DNA from: Mugil cephalus
Lineage: Eukaryota
Direction of reading: 5' to 3'
Assembly: GCF_022458985.1 (NCBI RefSeq)
Contig: NC_061781.1
Coordinates: 26,385,222 to 26,449,221, forward strand
Length of the DNA: 64,000 bases
Every line of letters begins with the position of its first letter. Position 1 is the first letter of the stretch. The translations under genes were made by a program, and so were the position numbers. This document shows, piece by piece, positions 51,481-64,000 of this stretch. The notes beneath the pieces were generated by a model, which saw only the letters and a program-made list of their open reading frames with translations, did no database searches and was not told where the DNA came from.

Positions 51481-53097
51481 CCACGATGCATCACAGAGAC
51501 ACAGGAAATCATTCCTGCCTGTGGCCATCAAACTGTACAACTCCTCACTCTGAGGGCATAGAACCCATATTATTTATGAACATATTTATACTGATAATGT
51601 ACAATAATTCACTTCATCTCATATACTCTCATATATTAGTACACATTCCCTGTATACTAGGGGACTCTGGTCTTTACTATGTGCAATGTTTATAAATATA
51701 TTGATACTGAGATGCAAAAATACATGCTTCACTTTATCATTTTCATATACTTGTACATATTTCCTGATATACTCTCACCATGTGCAATAATTTTCCCCAC
51801 TGTGCAGTACCCCATATTCAATGTCACTGTGTACTTGTATATATATATTTATATATATATTTACATTCTCTTACTTAATCTTATTGCCTACATTGCTCTT
51901 TGTTCGTAATACTGGTATACTTTAGGTAGGAGCTGCTGTAACGAAACTTTATTGATCCCCCTGGGATCAATAAAGTAATTCTGATTCTGATTCTGAATAC
52001 AGAACTATAGTTATATATTATGGTTTTCTAATCTTCAGACATAACTATGAGGAGATGTTCCTGTTACCTGCTTAACAGTTTCGACTGCGACTCCGGTTTT
52101 GACTCTTCCTCAGAAGCGTCATCCGACGTGTTGCTGATGTGTCATTTATCAGCTGTCTCGCGTTCGCAGTCTTTTTTGTGTTCATTTCTCCGTGTGTAGA
52201 AAGACCTTCCTGTTTCCCCAATGTATTTTTTTTACATGTTTTGCACAGTATTTCATAGATGATGTTGTATTTTTTATCTGGTTCTATTTTGTCTTTTAGG
52301 TGTACTATGAGCTGACAGAGTTTTGTGTGTGGTTTTATTTCATCATGCGTTGATTTGGTTCAGTTATCATTCCATCCATTTATTGAATGTGCATGTTATG
52401 CCCAGACAGCAATCAACTACAAGAATGTCTTATTTGTCTTCCTCAAATTAAATATTAACATGTTTGCAATGTAGGCTGTTTATTACCTTAAAAAGGCAAC
52501 GTATCCTGGGAGAAACAACTCATAAAATCTAAAATATAGATAGATAGAAGATAATAACTTGGGTCTTAAATAGAAAAATAACATTACATTATTTTTTGCA
52601 ATTTGATTGCTACTCGTGCCTGTTTAAGGCTTAGCTCAGATAAATATGGCACAACTTATTTTAAATTCATTTTGTCTTCTTACAGGTGTTAATTCAACAA
52701 CCAGAGTCTTAGAGCTTTAAGATACCTAGGGCAGGTCTGATCCACTCCTGGAGCTCCGCGGCCGTGGAGTTGTTTGCACTGTTCAACTCCAGGCCCTCTG
52801 ACTCTGTTTCCTCTATGAGATACGTGTTGGTGGGATTGAGGAGCTCCTCAAAGTATTCCTTCCACTACCTGAAGATATCCCCAGCTGACGTCAGCAGCTC
52901 CCCGTCTCCACCAAAAATGGTGTGGGTAAGTATTCGTCCACCTCCCTTGGGGAGCTGGACGATGTGCCAGAACCTCTCGGGAACCAATCGATAGTCCGAA
53001 TTTCTCCCACACCCAAGTTTTTGCCACAGCGTCTGCCCTAGCGGCAGACCAGCTTGCTACTCTTGACTGATCAGGTGGTTCCAAAGACTCAAGGACA

Positions 53098-54451
53098 AAA
53101 ATGTGTATTTGATATTTGTAACATAATTTTTATTGAGGTTTTATGGAACTGTTATTAAGACATCCATAGCTTTAATGTATGTTCATTTCAGTTGTTTTAT
53201 CACCACCGTTTGATTTTCCTCTTGTGATTGAATTGTGGATGTATGAATTTCCTTTGCTCTAACTTTTCAGTGTTGGTTTACATGTACTTAACACATGGAG
53301 TTCATGTTTAATCCTGCAGCAGGTAAAATTATTCCACAGATCTGTGTGGTGCTGTACACAGTGGACCACCTAGCCACCCGGTACTGATCGGCTGCTTTCA
53401 GAGACCCACAGACCAGTCATACCCTGTAGGCCTCCTGCTTCAGCTGTGAATGGAGGATGTGAGTTAGGCATTGTCCTTATGAAGCTTCTCACATTAGCTT
53501 CTCCAAATGATCACCAATTAAAGTAAAATATACTAAAGTCTTGTTATATAAGACTTCTCCATGAAATTAACATTTCATATTAGCAGTTACTACGTTCAAG
53601 AAATTCTACAAGAAATTCTACAAGTCCAGCTGACCTTATTCAACGCTTTTTTGGATTACGTTGTGTAAGTTGCTGTAAGAAAATTGATTTCAAGGAGCAC
53701 CTGCTAACCTATAAACATTTCACCATCTTATTTGAATGACCTTGTGACCTTATATGCACCCTCCTGTGCACTTCACCCCCAGAGAACTAGTGTGTTGAGT
53801 GTTCTGAGGCCGGAAAAAAATACAACTGGTGAGAGTGCTTTTTCTTTCCATGCTCTATAGTTGAAGTTTAGCAACATTCACATCATTTCATTGAAAATAA
53901 AATATTTGTATTAGTGCTGCCAAGCTATTAAAACTTTAAATAAGATTAATGACAGTTGCTGTAGATTAATTCACTTAATCACGATTCAGTATTATTCAGT
54001 TTTAATTTATATCAATCATGTTTCCTTTTGCATGACCAAGCAGACTCTAACAGACTAACTTGTTATGTTAATCATATGTTTTCTATGTGAATATGGCTAA
54101 ACTTCAACTTTTGTTGAAGTAAGTTTGGACATGGTTAAGTCACTGTTTCATCATTTCAGAGTCTTGCATAACACACTCACAGTGTGTCAGCAGAATCCTC
54201 ACTGGGCTCCAAACAGCTCTCAGAATGTAGCCTGTTAGCTGTAGCTAATGAGGTTTTCACACCTGCAGTCATTAACATCTGAAGGTGACACTGCTCCAAT
54301 CAGAGGTGTTACTGTCTGATTAAACAAGATGCACCATGACGCAACCATTGCTAAGTAAAACCAAAGCTGTCAACACTAAACTGTGAGGGGGACTGATGCA
54401 ACACTCAATTAATTTAGTCTGTTACATCAATTCAACTTTGACTTTTATAAC

Positions 54452-54493
<42 letters not shown>

Positions 54494-55318
54494 TGATAAT
54501 TTTATTCATGAAACATTTCCACATTTAAAGTTTGCTTGACAACACTAATACAAATATTTTATTTTCAATAAAACTGAAATCATAAACCTGTTTTGTATGT
54601 GAATGTTGCTAAACTTCAATTATAGAGCATGGAAAGAAAAAGCACTCTCACCAGTTGTATTTTTTTCCGGCCTCAGAACACTCAACACACTAGTTCTCTG
54701 GGGGTGAAGTGCACAGGAGGGTGCATATAAGGTCACAAGGTCATTCAAATAAGATGGTGAAATGTTTATAGGTTAGCAGGTGCTCCTTGAAATCAATTTT
54801 CTTACAGCAACTTACACAACATAGTAACTGCTAATATGAAATGTTAATTTCATGCAGAAGTCTTATATAACAAGACTTTAGTATATTTTACTTTAATTGG
54901 TGATCATTTGGAGAAGCTAATGTGAGAAGCTTCATAAGGACAATGCCAAACTCACTCCTCCATTCACAGCTGAAGCAGGAGGCCTACAGGGTATGACTGG
55001 TCTGTGGGTCTCTGAAAGCAGCCGATCAGTACCGGGTGGCTAGGTGGTCCACTGTGTACAGCACCACACAGATCTGTGGAATAATTTTACCTGCTGCAGG
55101 ATTAAACATGAACTCCATGTGTTAAGTACATGTAAACCAACACTGAAAAGTTAGAGCAAAGGAAATTCATACATCCACAATTCAATCACAAGAGGAAAAT
55201 CAAACGGTGGTGATAAAACAACTGAAATGAACATACATTAAAGCTATGGATGTCTTAATAACAGTTCCATAAAACCTCAATAGAAATTGCTACATGTAAC
55301 AAATATCAAATACATATT
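53098..55318. repeat. Large inverted duplication. The arms are about 53098..53916 and 54541..55318, and the spacer is about 53917..54540
   Basis: The right arm is the reverse complement of the left arm, with a few mismatches and one indel near the inner ends (compare 53281-53340 catgtacttaacacatggagttcatgtttaatcctgcagcaggtaaaattattccacag with 55081-55140 read backwards). The arms include a LINE ORF2 linker fragment (EAYRVWLVCGSLKAADQYRVARW). Confidence 0.85.
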
Positions 55319-55934
55319 TTAAATGCAATGAACACATTTCAACATTAACTCTCCAATTGTTGTTGTGCAAATGCACAAATAAGGAAAATCCTTTACTGGT
55401 TCCTTCTCTCATAAAACTGAGGAGGTTCTGCTATCCTTCTCCAGAAAAGGAAGCTCTAGGACCAAGAAACTCAGCTCTCTTCCTTAGTTCAGTAACATTA
55501 AGGTGAATACGTCTTTTTTTTTTTTTTTAAATATAATTGAAAGTGCCAAAGGAAATTCAAAAAAGTGCAGAAAGAGATCAATCATCTATCAGGCCAACAG
55601 ACTAAAAATGGCAGTAAAGGACTGGAACATATCATCAAGAACCAACTAGTGAAAGATCCTGCTATCTTGACTATCTGCAGAATTCAATTATTTTTTATTA
55701 TTATTTTTTTATTATTATTAAGTCTGTAACACCGCAAATCCAATGCTCTAATCCATAAGTAAATCTGAACTCAACAACTACAGACGAATCAGTATTCTTC
55801 CTGTCATCTCCACAGTAATAGAAAATGGATAGCCACACAGCTAATAGAGCATCTCAATAATACACCATTGTACACAATGCAGTTTGGCCAGTCCACTGAG
55901 TTGGCCATAACCACGTTTATAGAAAAAAAAACAA

Positions 55935-57560
55935 ATGTCTCCTGGTTCAGATCTTGCAGACAGAAAGCAGTGTGTGTTGGGCAATAATGTCCGATCCCCT
56001 TACCTGGACTGTCCAGCTGGGGTCCCTCAGGGGTCCATAGTCGGGCCTCTTTTGTTTTCTCTGTACATTAATAATATGTTTGATGTCTGTATGGGTGTTA
56101 ACACACAGCTGTATATGGATGGTGTGGTTATTTTTACCTTGCAAAAATATGACAGAGGCTGCTCAGACTCACACAACAGCTTTGACTCATATTCAGGACT
56201 GGCTCACTAATTCTCGTCTTTCCTTAAATGTTAAAAAAGTGTATGTATGTTTGTTGCTAAATGTCTATGAAGGTTCTCAGTCATCCAGGTCATGGTAATC
56301 CAAAAGACGTTGAATAAGAGGAAATGCTACCTAACTTCTGAAGTGGCTGCAAATTTTATTGAGATTTTACAAAGCACTCGTTGCTGAAATTTTATCAGCA
56401 ACTTGTGATTTTATTGCAGAGAATTTTAATACTAAACTAAAGTCAACACTGGAATCTGTGGCTCCACTTTTAACTAAAACAATAAGAACAAAATATACAC
56501 CACCGTGGAGAAATGAAGATTGTAAAAAATTGAAAAAGGAAACATGAGTGCAAAGTGGAAGTGGAGAAAAACCAAACTAACTGTTAATTATGAAATATTA
56601 TATAAAGAATCCATAATAACACAGTCAAACAGGCAGGATTATCACACGTTTCAAAACTCATTAAAGACACTAAAAAAAAACCTAAATTCATTTTCTCCAC
56701 CAGCTCTACCACAATGTTTTAGCCAACACCAGTTTTGATAAACCTCCCATGGTGCTAACAGATGTCCTCTGTGAGGATATTGTAGACCACTATGTAAGTA
56801 AAATTGATAATATCAGATCTGGTCTTTTAACTATATCTGGTTGATGCTAGGATGCTTGGTGAAGTTTTCTCCCAAGTAAAGCCCAGAACATTGTGAATTC
56901 TTTGAGGGACATATTTAAAATACTGTAAATGACTCTCTCCAGATAGGTGTCTTCCCCACTGCCTTGGAGCAGCTTCTTAAGGAGAGTCATTTAGACCTAG
57001 ACCTATTTTTAATAATTACAGACCCGTATCCAACTTACCATTTTTAAGTAAAATTTTAGAAAAAAACATTTTTAATCAGATAAACTATTTATTGATAAGA
57101 AACTATATTTTAATATATTAAAATTTCAATCTGTTTTTAAGATGAACCACAGGACCGCGACAGCCCCTTTAAAAATTTTAAATAACATCAGGTGTAACAT
57201 GGACTCACAAAAGCTCACAGACCTGGTCTTACTGCATCTTAGCCGAAACAACAATCTGTAAAGAACGTGGAATGATTTTTGACTCTTCATGTCAAAAAGA
57301 AAGGTTTATACAACCTTAAGAAAATCGTCTGTTTCTCTCTCAGTCGACCATAGAGGGGCTGATGCTTTTCTCTCATCTGGATTATTGTGATGCTCTGCTC
57401 TCTGGTCTTCCAAAAAAGACAATTTCCACCTTACAATTACTATAAAATTCAGCTGCATATGTGCTGACGAGGACCAGGGAGCAGGAACACATTACAACAG
57501 TTTTAAAATCTTTGCATTGACTCCCCGTGAGTTTCAGGATCGATTTTAAGGTTCTTTTAG
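55935..57560 (+). mobile_element. L2-type LINE ORF2 fragment, 3'-truncated
   Basis: RT motifs are GVPQGSIVGPLLFSLYIN...YMDGVVIF. The C-terminal region is ...LDYCDALLSGLPKKTIS...FRIDFKVLLVGFKQS, an L2 C-terminus like 15700-15927. The element ends abruptly against a TAAR-D 5'-flank copy at about 57560. Confidence 0.55.
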
Positions 57561-57960
57561 TAGGTTTTAAACAGTCTTGGGCCTTCTTATCATTTGTCAT
57601 CAACTTTACAATGAATTGAATCCTCCAGTAATAACAGATTAACCAATGAGATTGATCTGTTTACTTCCTGACTGACTGCAGGCTGGTCACAGTGAAGGTG
57701 AAAGGTCAAGCTCAGCTGAAAATTGGTACAACTCATTTTGTTTTCTTTCAGGTGTCAATTCAGATTTCGGTTGGTCAAAACATCTAGCACTTAGCTAACT
57801 AGCTCATTAAATCCATCAGCAGTGCCGTGTGAAATTAGCTGCAATGCTAATTAATGTTATGTTAAATCTTGTTCAGATGTGGTAAAGTGTGAGCAACTTT
57901 AAAATTACATGTGTCACAGGTTAAAGAATAGTGCTAGTAAAATTAATCGTATGGTGTCGA
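57560..57960. promoter_or_regulatory. Orphan copy of the TAAR-D 5' flank (promoter-proximal block plus upstream block) with no TAAR gene attached
   Basis: ...tcatttgtcatcaactttacaatgaattgaatcctccagtaataacagattaaccaatgagattgatctgtttacttcctgactgactgcaggctggtcacagtgaaggtgaaaggtcaagctcagctgaaaattggtacaactcattttgttttctttcaggtg... matches 42540-42900 upstream of D4 and 48440-48850 upstream of D5. Confidence 0.6.
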
Positions 57961-59129
57961 TCATAACTAGCACCGTCAGACTGTTCATCACTTGTCCCGG
58001 GTGGGTCTTTTCTGCAGTGTGAAAGGGTTCCCGCTGCATTTCTTTCAGGGTCAAATTATCCTTCAAGCGACCCGGAAATTAGGTGTCTCGGCTCGCCTGC
58101 TGTGTGAAATGCGTCCCACTTAAATACCTGATGACATTGATGTACCTGCCTATCACATTCTGATATTGTCACTGGGTCATTGTGGAAGCTCCAGGGCTAC
58201 GAGTGCTACTCACTCAGATCTCAAAACAGAGCAAAGTTTTGTACCACTCCCATAAGATCAGTCTTCCTGTTGATCTGCCCGAGACTGATCTCTGAAGGGC
58301 AGATATTTGTTTCCATTTTTTTCGTGTAGCTATATGATCTTTAATGGAAGCTTGTATTTGATGCTTGGGAAGTCCCACCAATCAGGGAATCCTGATGTGA
58401 ATAAAGCTTGTACTGTGATATGGCACTTCCCTGGTCGATTGTAGAGTTGTTGTTGTTAGTAAGGGAAATCAATCCAACCCCACCTGAGGCCTGTATCACG
58501 AAGCAGGATTACGGATTACTCCAGAGGGGTTACATCTGGGAGAATGAGACGAATTATAATACAAGCTATTAATCTATGCAGCGCAGTGATTGGGATCCAC
58601 GGCTTTGTTAAATGTCAACTAATTGAGGCATTGATGTGTAATTTACGCATATATGCAATCTACAATCCTTTGCCATGCCATGGCGTCTCTTCAATGCAGC
58701 CTTGGTGTTTTACTTTTTGAGATTTCGAGTGAGATTTACTTTTTCTTCTTCATATCTGAGGAGAATCAGTCTTTGCTCCTTTTTGCTGGTGGATCAGCCT
58801 CATGATTGTGATTGGTCTGCTGCCTTGTAACTCGCCCTTATACGTCTGAATTCACCGATTCATGACAAGACAAACCTGGGTTAAGTTACCGATTCACAGA
58901 GTTGAGTTGATTACCGAGTTGATAGCCAGCGTCGTGATACCGCTTATCCAGATTGTCATTGTTGTGGATAGGTTCAGCTGGATAAATTGGAGTAAGCCTG
59001 GTTAAGATGAAATCATTTCATGATACAGGCCTCAGGTCCTGCGTGGAAAAAGCGTTCGCCCCTCCGGTTAAAACATAGCTTAACTGTGGTTTATCACCTG
59101 AGTTCAGTTTCTCTAACTCAACCCAGGCC

Positions 59130-59701
59130 TGATGACTGCCCGACCTGTTCTCAAAATCACTTATATAGGACCTGCCTCACAAAGTAAAGTAGACGGAATG
59201 ATCTTCAGAAGTTAGACATCATTTGGAGGTCCAAACTGATACATGTCAAATGACAAAGAAAGTCATTTGACATATATCAGTTTGGAAAAGGTTGTAAAGC
59301 CATTTCAAAAGCTCTGGGACTCAACCACAGTGAGAGCCATTATCCACAAATGGAGAAAACATGGACCAGTGGTGAACCCTCACAAGAGTTGCTGGCCAAC
59401 CAATACAAACCTCCACTGTGGCTGGATCACAACAATTCTGCGAAGATGAGTTAGCCAAAATAACACTGTAGATGACATTCTGATGTCACTGCAAACGTCA
59501 AGTGCTTGATTGTTGTTGCTAAGGGTAGCCCAACCAGTTATTAGTTTTAGGGGACACACACTTTTTTCACACAGGGCCATGTAGGTTTTAGTTTTCCCTA
59601 AATAATAAAAAACTTTAATTTTGCATTTACTTGGGTTATCTTTGAATGATATTTAAATTAATTTGATGATCCGGAACATTTAAGGGCAACATAAACAAAA
59701 A

Positions 59702-59732
<31 letters not shown>

Positions 59733-59840
59733 TGCATGCAAACATGCACACACAAAATAAGAAAAAAAATAAATAAATCAGGAAGGAAATGTCAGGGACT
59801 CCAGCTCTGCACTTACTACAGAACCAAATTTCTGTATCAG
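59130..59840 (+). mobile_element. Tc1-like transposon remnant (copy of the 38860-40060 element, internally deleted)
   Basis: ISLEKVVKPFQKLWDSTTVRAIIHKWRKHGPVV is joined directly to the C-terminal and terminal region. A poly(A) run lies at 59701-59732. It is part of the 58300-60000 block paralogous to 37800-40100. Confidence 0.6.
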
Positions 59841-60658
59841 TTTGTCCAGCCACATGAGCTGTTCTTCTTCTTAGTGCTGCGTCTCAGGCACACGGCGCAA
59901 AACAGGACACTTGTACAGTAGTATCATCAAAGATCACAGTCCAGCTGGTTCCTCACAGGGAGGCATTGTAGAGTCATGTGGCCTGTGTGTGTTACCAAAC
60001 ACCATGAAAAAAAAATATGTGCTTGAGATTTAATGTTGACTCAAAGCCAGATTAATCGCCACAGACGTAAGAAAATCACACAAAAACCACTTATACCTGC
60101 AGGCAGTTAGCCACAACACATCCAGTACGTACCACTGAGCTTTACAGGCCCAACATACTTCAGAGATTAGATTTACTGAGATTGTGGAATCTTATTTGCA
60201 GTGACAGGAAATTTGGTCAAGTATCCTGCATTACTGACAGAGCACAATAAAACTATTAAAGGAAAATTTGCGGAAAATGAGTCATAAAAACAATTATATC
60301 ACACGTTATTCTTCGTAATACTTTATTGTTAGTGAAGGTTGGTGTCCAACTACATCAAACTAAAATGTTTATGATATCTGTCATTCAACAGACCTTTGAA
60401 TATTCATGTTTAAATAGTTTCTTTTACTGTCAGAGACCAGGCATATTACAAATGTAAAAAAAAAAAATGCAATAAATAGAAGAGGGTTATATAGACTGTC
60501 TCATACAGTCACTACTCTTACATGTGTCTTTAACATTGTCCTGCTTTGACCATTTGATTAATCCACAGTATTTCTCTGCAGTGTTTTGCTTCAAGCTGTT
60601 TATTTGCTTTGAAGGTCACATTTCCATCAGTTCGAAAAAGACCCTCCACAGTTCTACT

Positions 60659-61804
60659 TTACAGGACGTTGGCATTACAGGAGCCAGGAGTCAGTATTTG
60701 AAGTGTCACAATAACTTTCATAGATTTTCTAAACCAGGGATAGAAAAAGGCGTAGATGATTGGGTTTAGACAGGAGTTAAAATAGAACAGACAAAATACA
60801 AGGACTAAGGATGAAGGATTGTACAAATTCTCCTGGTCTGTGAGTGAAACACAGAAATATGGACAGAAACATGTTAGAAACACTAGTACAACAACCCCAA
60901 GAGTCCTGGCTGCTTTCAGTTCAGACTTCTTAGCTGTTACTTTCCCTGAACGCTGCAGAGTAAGAGCTGTAATATTAGAGCGCATGGCACGAGCCTGAGA
61001 CACAGCCACCACAAATATTCTCAGATACAGAACTATGATGACACTTATGGGCAGAAACAAAGTCAAAATGAGATCTACAAAACGTTTGGTAAAGTCAATG
61101 TCAATCACACACTCTCCAATGCAGGAATTAAATCTGCCTGGTTGTTTCAGACTCTCCTTAATCAACACAAATACATAGAAGAGAGAACAGATCCAACACA
61201 GAGAGACACAGATCTGAACTCTCCTCTGAGTGACTTTGGTGGGATAATGTAAAGGATAACAAATGGCAGCATAGCGGTCAACAGATATGAGCACCATGGT
61301 CCCTACTGAGGAAGACGTAATGACTGTGTCTAAAACTAAATAAAAGATGCACACCAGCTCATCAAAATACCAGCATCCATCTATGAGCGTGATCTGAAAG
61401 ATCATGAGGAGGCCCACGAAGAAATCTGAGACAGCTAGAGAGAGGAGGAGGAGGTTGGTGGGAGTGTGGAGCTGCCTGGAGAAGGAAGAAAGAAACACAC
61501 TTCTTATTATTGCTGGTAGTGATTATTATCTAAACAGATAACCCACATCAGATCATTGGATAAGCATTCAAGAACATTTCTATTGAAGCTACTTCCACAG
61601 TCATATCTGTCCAGTTTGATAAAGAGATGAAATATGTGTCTACTTGAAGTGGGAGATGGAGATGATGACGAACAGGTTGAGAGCTGCAGTCAGTAGAGAG
61701 ATGGAGGACAGGATAATGTGAATACACACAGTATCAAAGTGAGAACGCTTTAGCTTCCTGCAGGAGGTGTTGAGCTGTGGAAAACAGAGTTCATCTCCCT
61801 CCAT
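60659..61804 (-). CDS. TAAR, subfamily D, copy D6. complement(join(60659..61475,61644..61804))
   Basis: The exon 1 sequence and splice signals are the same as the other D copies. Exon 2 reads ...CWYFDELVCIFYLVLDTVITSSSVGTM...NSCLNPIIYAFFYPWFRKS. Both 3.32 and 5.42 are Asp. There is a 12 bp deletion in the 5' leader relative to D1-D5 (ccattgtcagagagag-ctgctgagc). Confidence 0.85.
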
Positions 61805-62349
61805 TGTCAGAGAGAGCTGCTGAGCTCTGGCAGCCTCCTGGCCTCAATTCAGAGTCTTATTGTTTATGGAGCTCTTCTGACCCTCCTCTAATAGTCTTGG
61901 AGGACCAATGTCCTTCCTCCGTTGTTGTGTACATGTTACCCACAAGGGCTTTAAGGATACTGTTCATTGTTTGTCATCAACTTTGCAATACATTGAATCC
62001 TCCAGTAATAACATTAACCAATCAGATTGTTTTGTTTACTTCCTGACTGACTGCAGGCTGGTCACAGTGAAGGTGAAAGGTCAAGCTCAGCTGAAAACTG
62101 AAAATTGCTACAACTCATTTTGTTTTCTTTCAGGTGTTAAGTTAAATGTTGGTTGGTCAAAACATATTGAATTAAGCTAACTAGCGTAAAATGTTTGCTG
62201 TTTGTGATACTAAATCACATCATGCTAAAGTTGCTTGACTTTCATCAAATCTGTCAGCAGTGTCAATATGTTTATTTACTAACTTCTGATTGGTCACAGT
62301 GAAGGGGAAAGATCAAGTTCAGCTTAACATTTGTACAACTCATTTTGTT

Positions 62350-62811
62350 TTTTTCCAGGAGTGGAGTGGATGATGCCATCCTCTTCTTACTCCACCAGTC
62401 CCTGGACAGAGGCAGTGGAGCTGTGAGGACAATGACAAACTGAGAGATACGGGAGTTGAAACACACCTGGTGGCATGGATCACAGACTACCTGACAGGCA
62501 GACCTCAGTACATGCAACTGGGGGATCTGACACTGTGGTCAGCAGCACAGAAGCACTGCAGGAAACTGTGCTTTCTCCTGATCACGTTGTACACGTCGGA
62601 CTTAAGGTACAACTCAGAGCTTTGCCACGTACAGAAGTTCACAAATGACACCGCTATCATCAGTTGTATCAACGGTGAACAGGAGGAGGAGTACAGAGAA
62701 CTGATCAAGGACACCAACCTCCTGCTCCTCAACACCACCAAGACCAAGGAGATGGTGTTGGACTTAGACCAGGAGTGTTCAGGGTTTTTCAGGCCAAGAA
62801 CCCCAAAATGA
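62350..62811 (+). mobile_element. LINE RT fragment inserted into a partial copy of the TAAR-D promoter block
   Basis: GVDDAILFLLHQSLDRGSGAVRTM is followed by WITDYLTGRPQYMQLGD...LYTSDLRYNSELCHVQKFTNDTAIISCI...LLLNTTKTKEMVLDL. A further RT C-terminal piece lies at about 63300..63500 (KGDYVEVVHTYEYLGV.LDDKLDW). Confidence 0.55.
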
Positions 62812-64000
62812 TGGAGAGGTTAAGAAGGGACTCCCTACCTACTATATGTGTTCTATATTAAACTCAGCCTAGTGCTATTGATAAATATACATTGTTATTA
62901 CCTGACTGGTAGATAAAGAAAATAATTGACAGATTCAAGTTTTAATTTTATCTGGGGACTGAATAGACTCTCTTGGCAAATTGCGGGGAACCTGACAGAA
63001 TCAGCTGAACCAATCACGAGGCCCCATATGTAATTAAACACTGATGGGGTGGGGCCTACTGTGTACATGAGGTTGAGACTGACATGTCTCGCCTAGTGTG
63101 GCACTCTGTACGAAACAGTGGCTGTTGAGACAGCTCCTGTTTCGCTGAATGAGTGAAGTGCTGACTGAAAGATAACGGCTTCTGCCTCTGTTTATCCCTT
63201 ATACTTAAAATATGTTGGATTCATACTAATGTGTATATAAAGAAATTTAAATTTGCAGAGGAATATTTAAAAATAACTATATAAAAATATCTAATCAAGC
63301 AAAAATTTTGCGACCCCCTGTTGAAGACCCATGCTTTAGGAGAACCAGGTCGGACCCATAGCCTGTCCTCATCAAAGGAGACTATGTGGAGGTGGTACAC
63401 ACCTATGAATACCTGGGAGTATAGCTGGATGATAAACTGGACTGCCAACACAGATGCTCGGGCAGGAAAGGACAGAGCCCTCTGTACTTCCTCTGAAGGC
63501 TAGCATCCTTCATCATCTGTAAAAAAAACTACTACAGATCGTCCACCAGTCTGGACTTTGGTTAAATCTGCCAGTAGTGTCAATGTTTGTTGCAAGCTCC
63601 AATGATAATTAATGTCAAGTTAAGTCCTCTTCAGGTGTGCTAAAGTATTAGCAACTTTAAAATTTTATGCATCATGGGTTTAAGACTGATGGTTTTAAAA
63701 TGAATGGCATGGTGTTTTATGCTGTTTTTAAGTTGATGTCTTATTATGGCTAGTTATTTGTGTTTTGCTTAATTAATCCATACCCCAGTTAAACAAAACT
63801 TTTTTAGCATAGATGTTTTGACACTTATCCAAGTAGCCTCTTTTCTACTTGGATATACTTCAAGAAACACTACAAGTCTACAGTTCGTTTTTTTTTTTAC
63901 GTCTTTTTGTTTATTATGACCTGGATGACTGAGAACGTTCACACACATACCATAGCTACAAATCAAAGATCCACTCTCACCAGTTTACCACCATGCGCCC

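Overview
This is eukaryotic genomic DNA, not prokaryotic, and almost certainly from a neoteleost fish. The window is a tandem cluster of nine apparently intact, two-exon trace amine-associated receptor (TAAR) olfactory GPCR genes, one on + and eight on -. All nine have the same phase-2 intron position, between TM1 and the conserved QLHTPTN start of TM2. They fall into four sequence subfamilies, here called A, B, C and D1-D6. The six-copy D family was amplified as multi-kb blocks, including a near-identical ~6.6 kb tandem segmental duplication (16225-22795 vs 25108-31605) that created D1/D2. The paralogs differ at the canonical amine-binding Asp3.32 (D, S, P or A), whereas all keep Asp5.42. Intergenic space is filled with decayed transposable elements: CR1/L2-type LINE ORF2 fragments, one fairly complete L2 with an esterase-type ORF1, Tc1-like DNA transposon remnants, a Gypsy pol fragment, microsatellites, a ~2.2 kb inverted duplication, and orphan copies of the TAAR 5' flank with no gene. 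Two genes (B, C) appear to need GC-AG introns. No rRNA, tRNA or CRISPR is recognisable.
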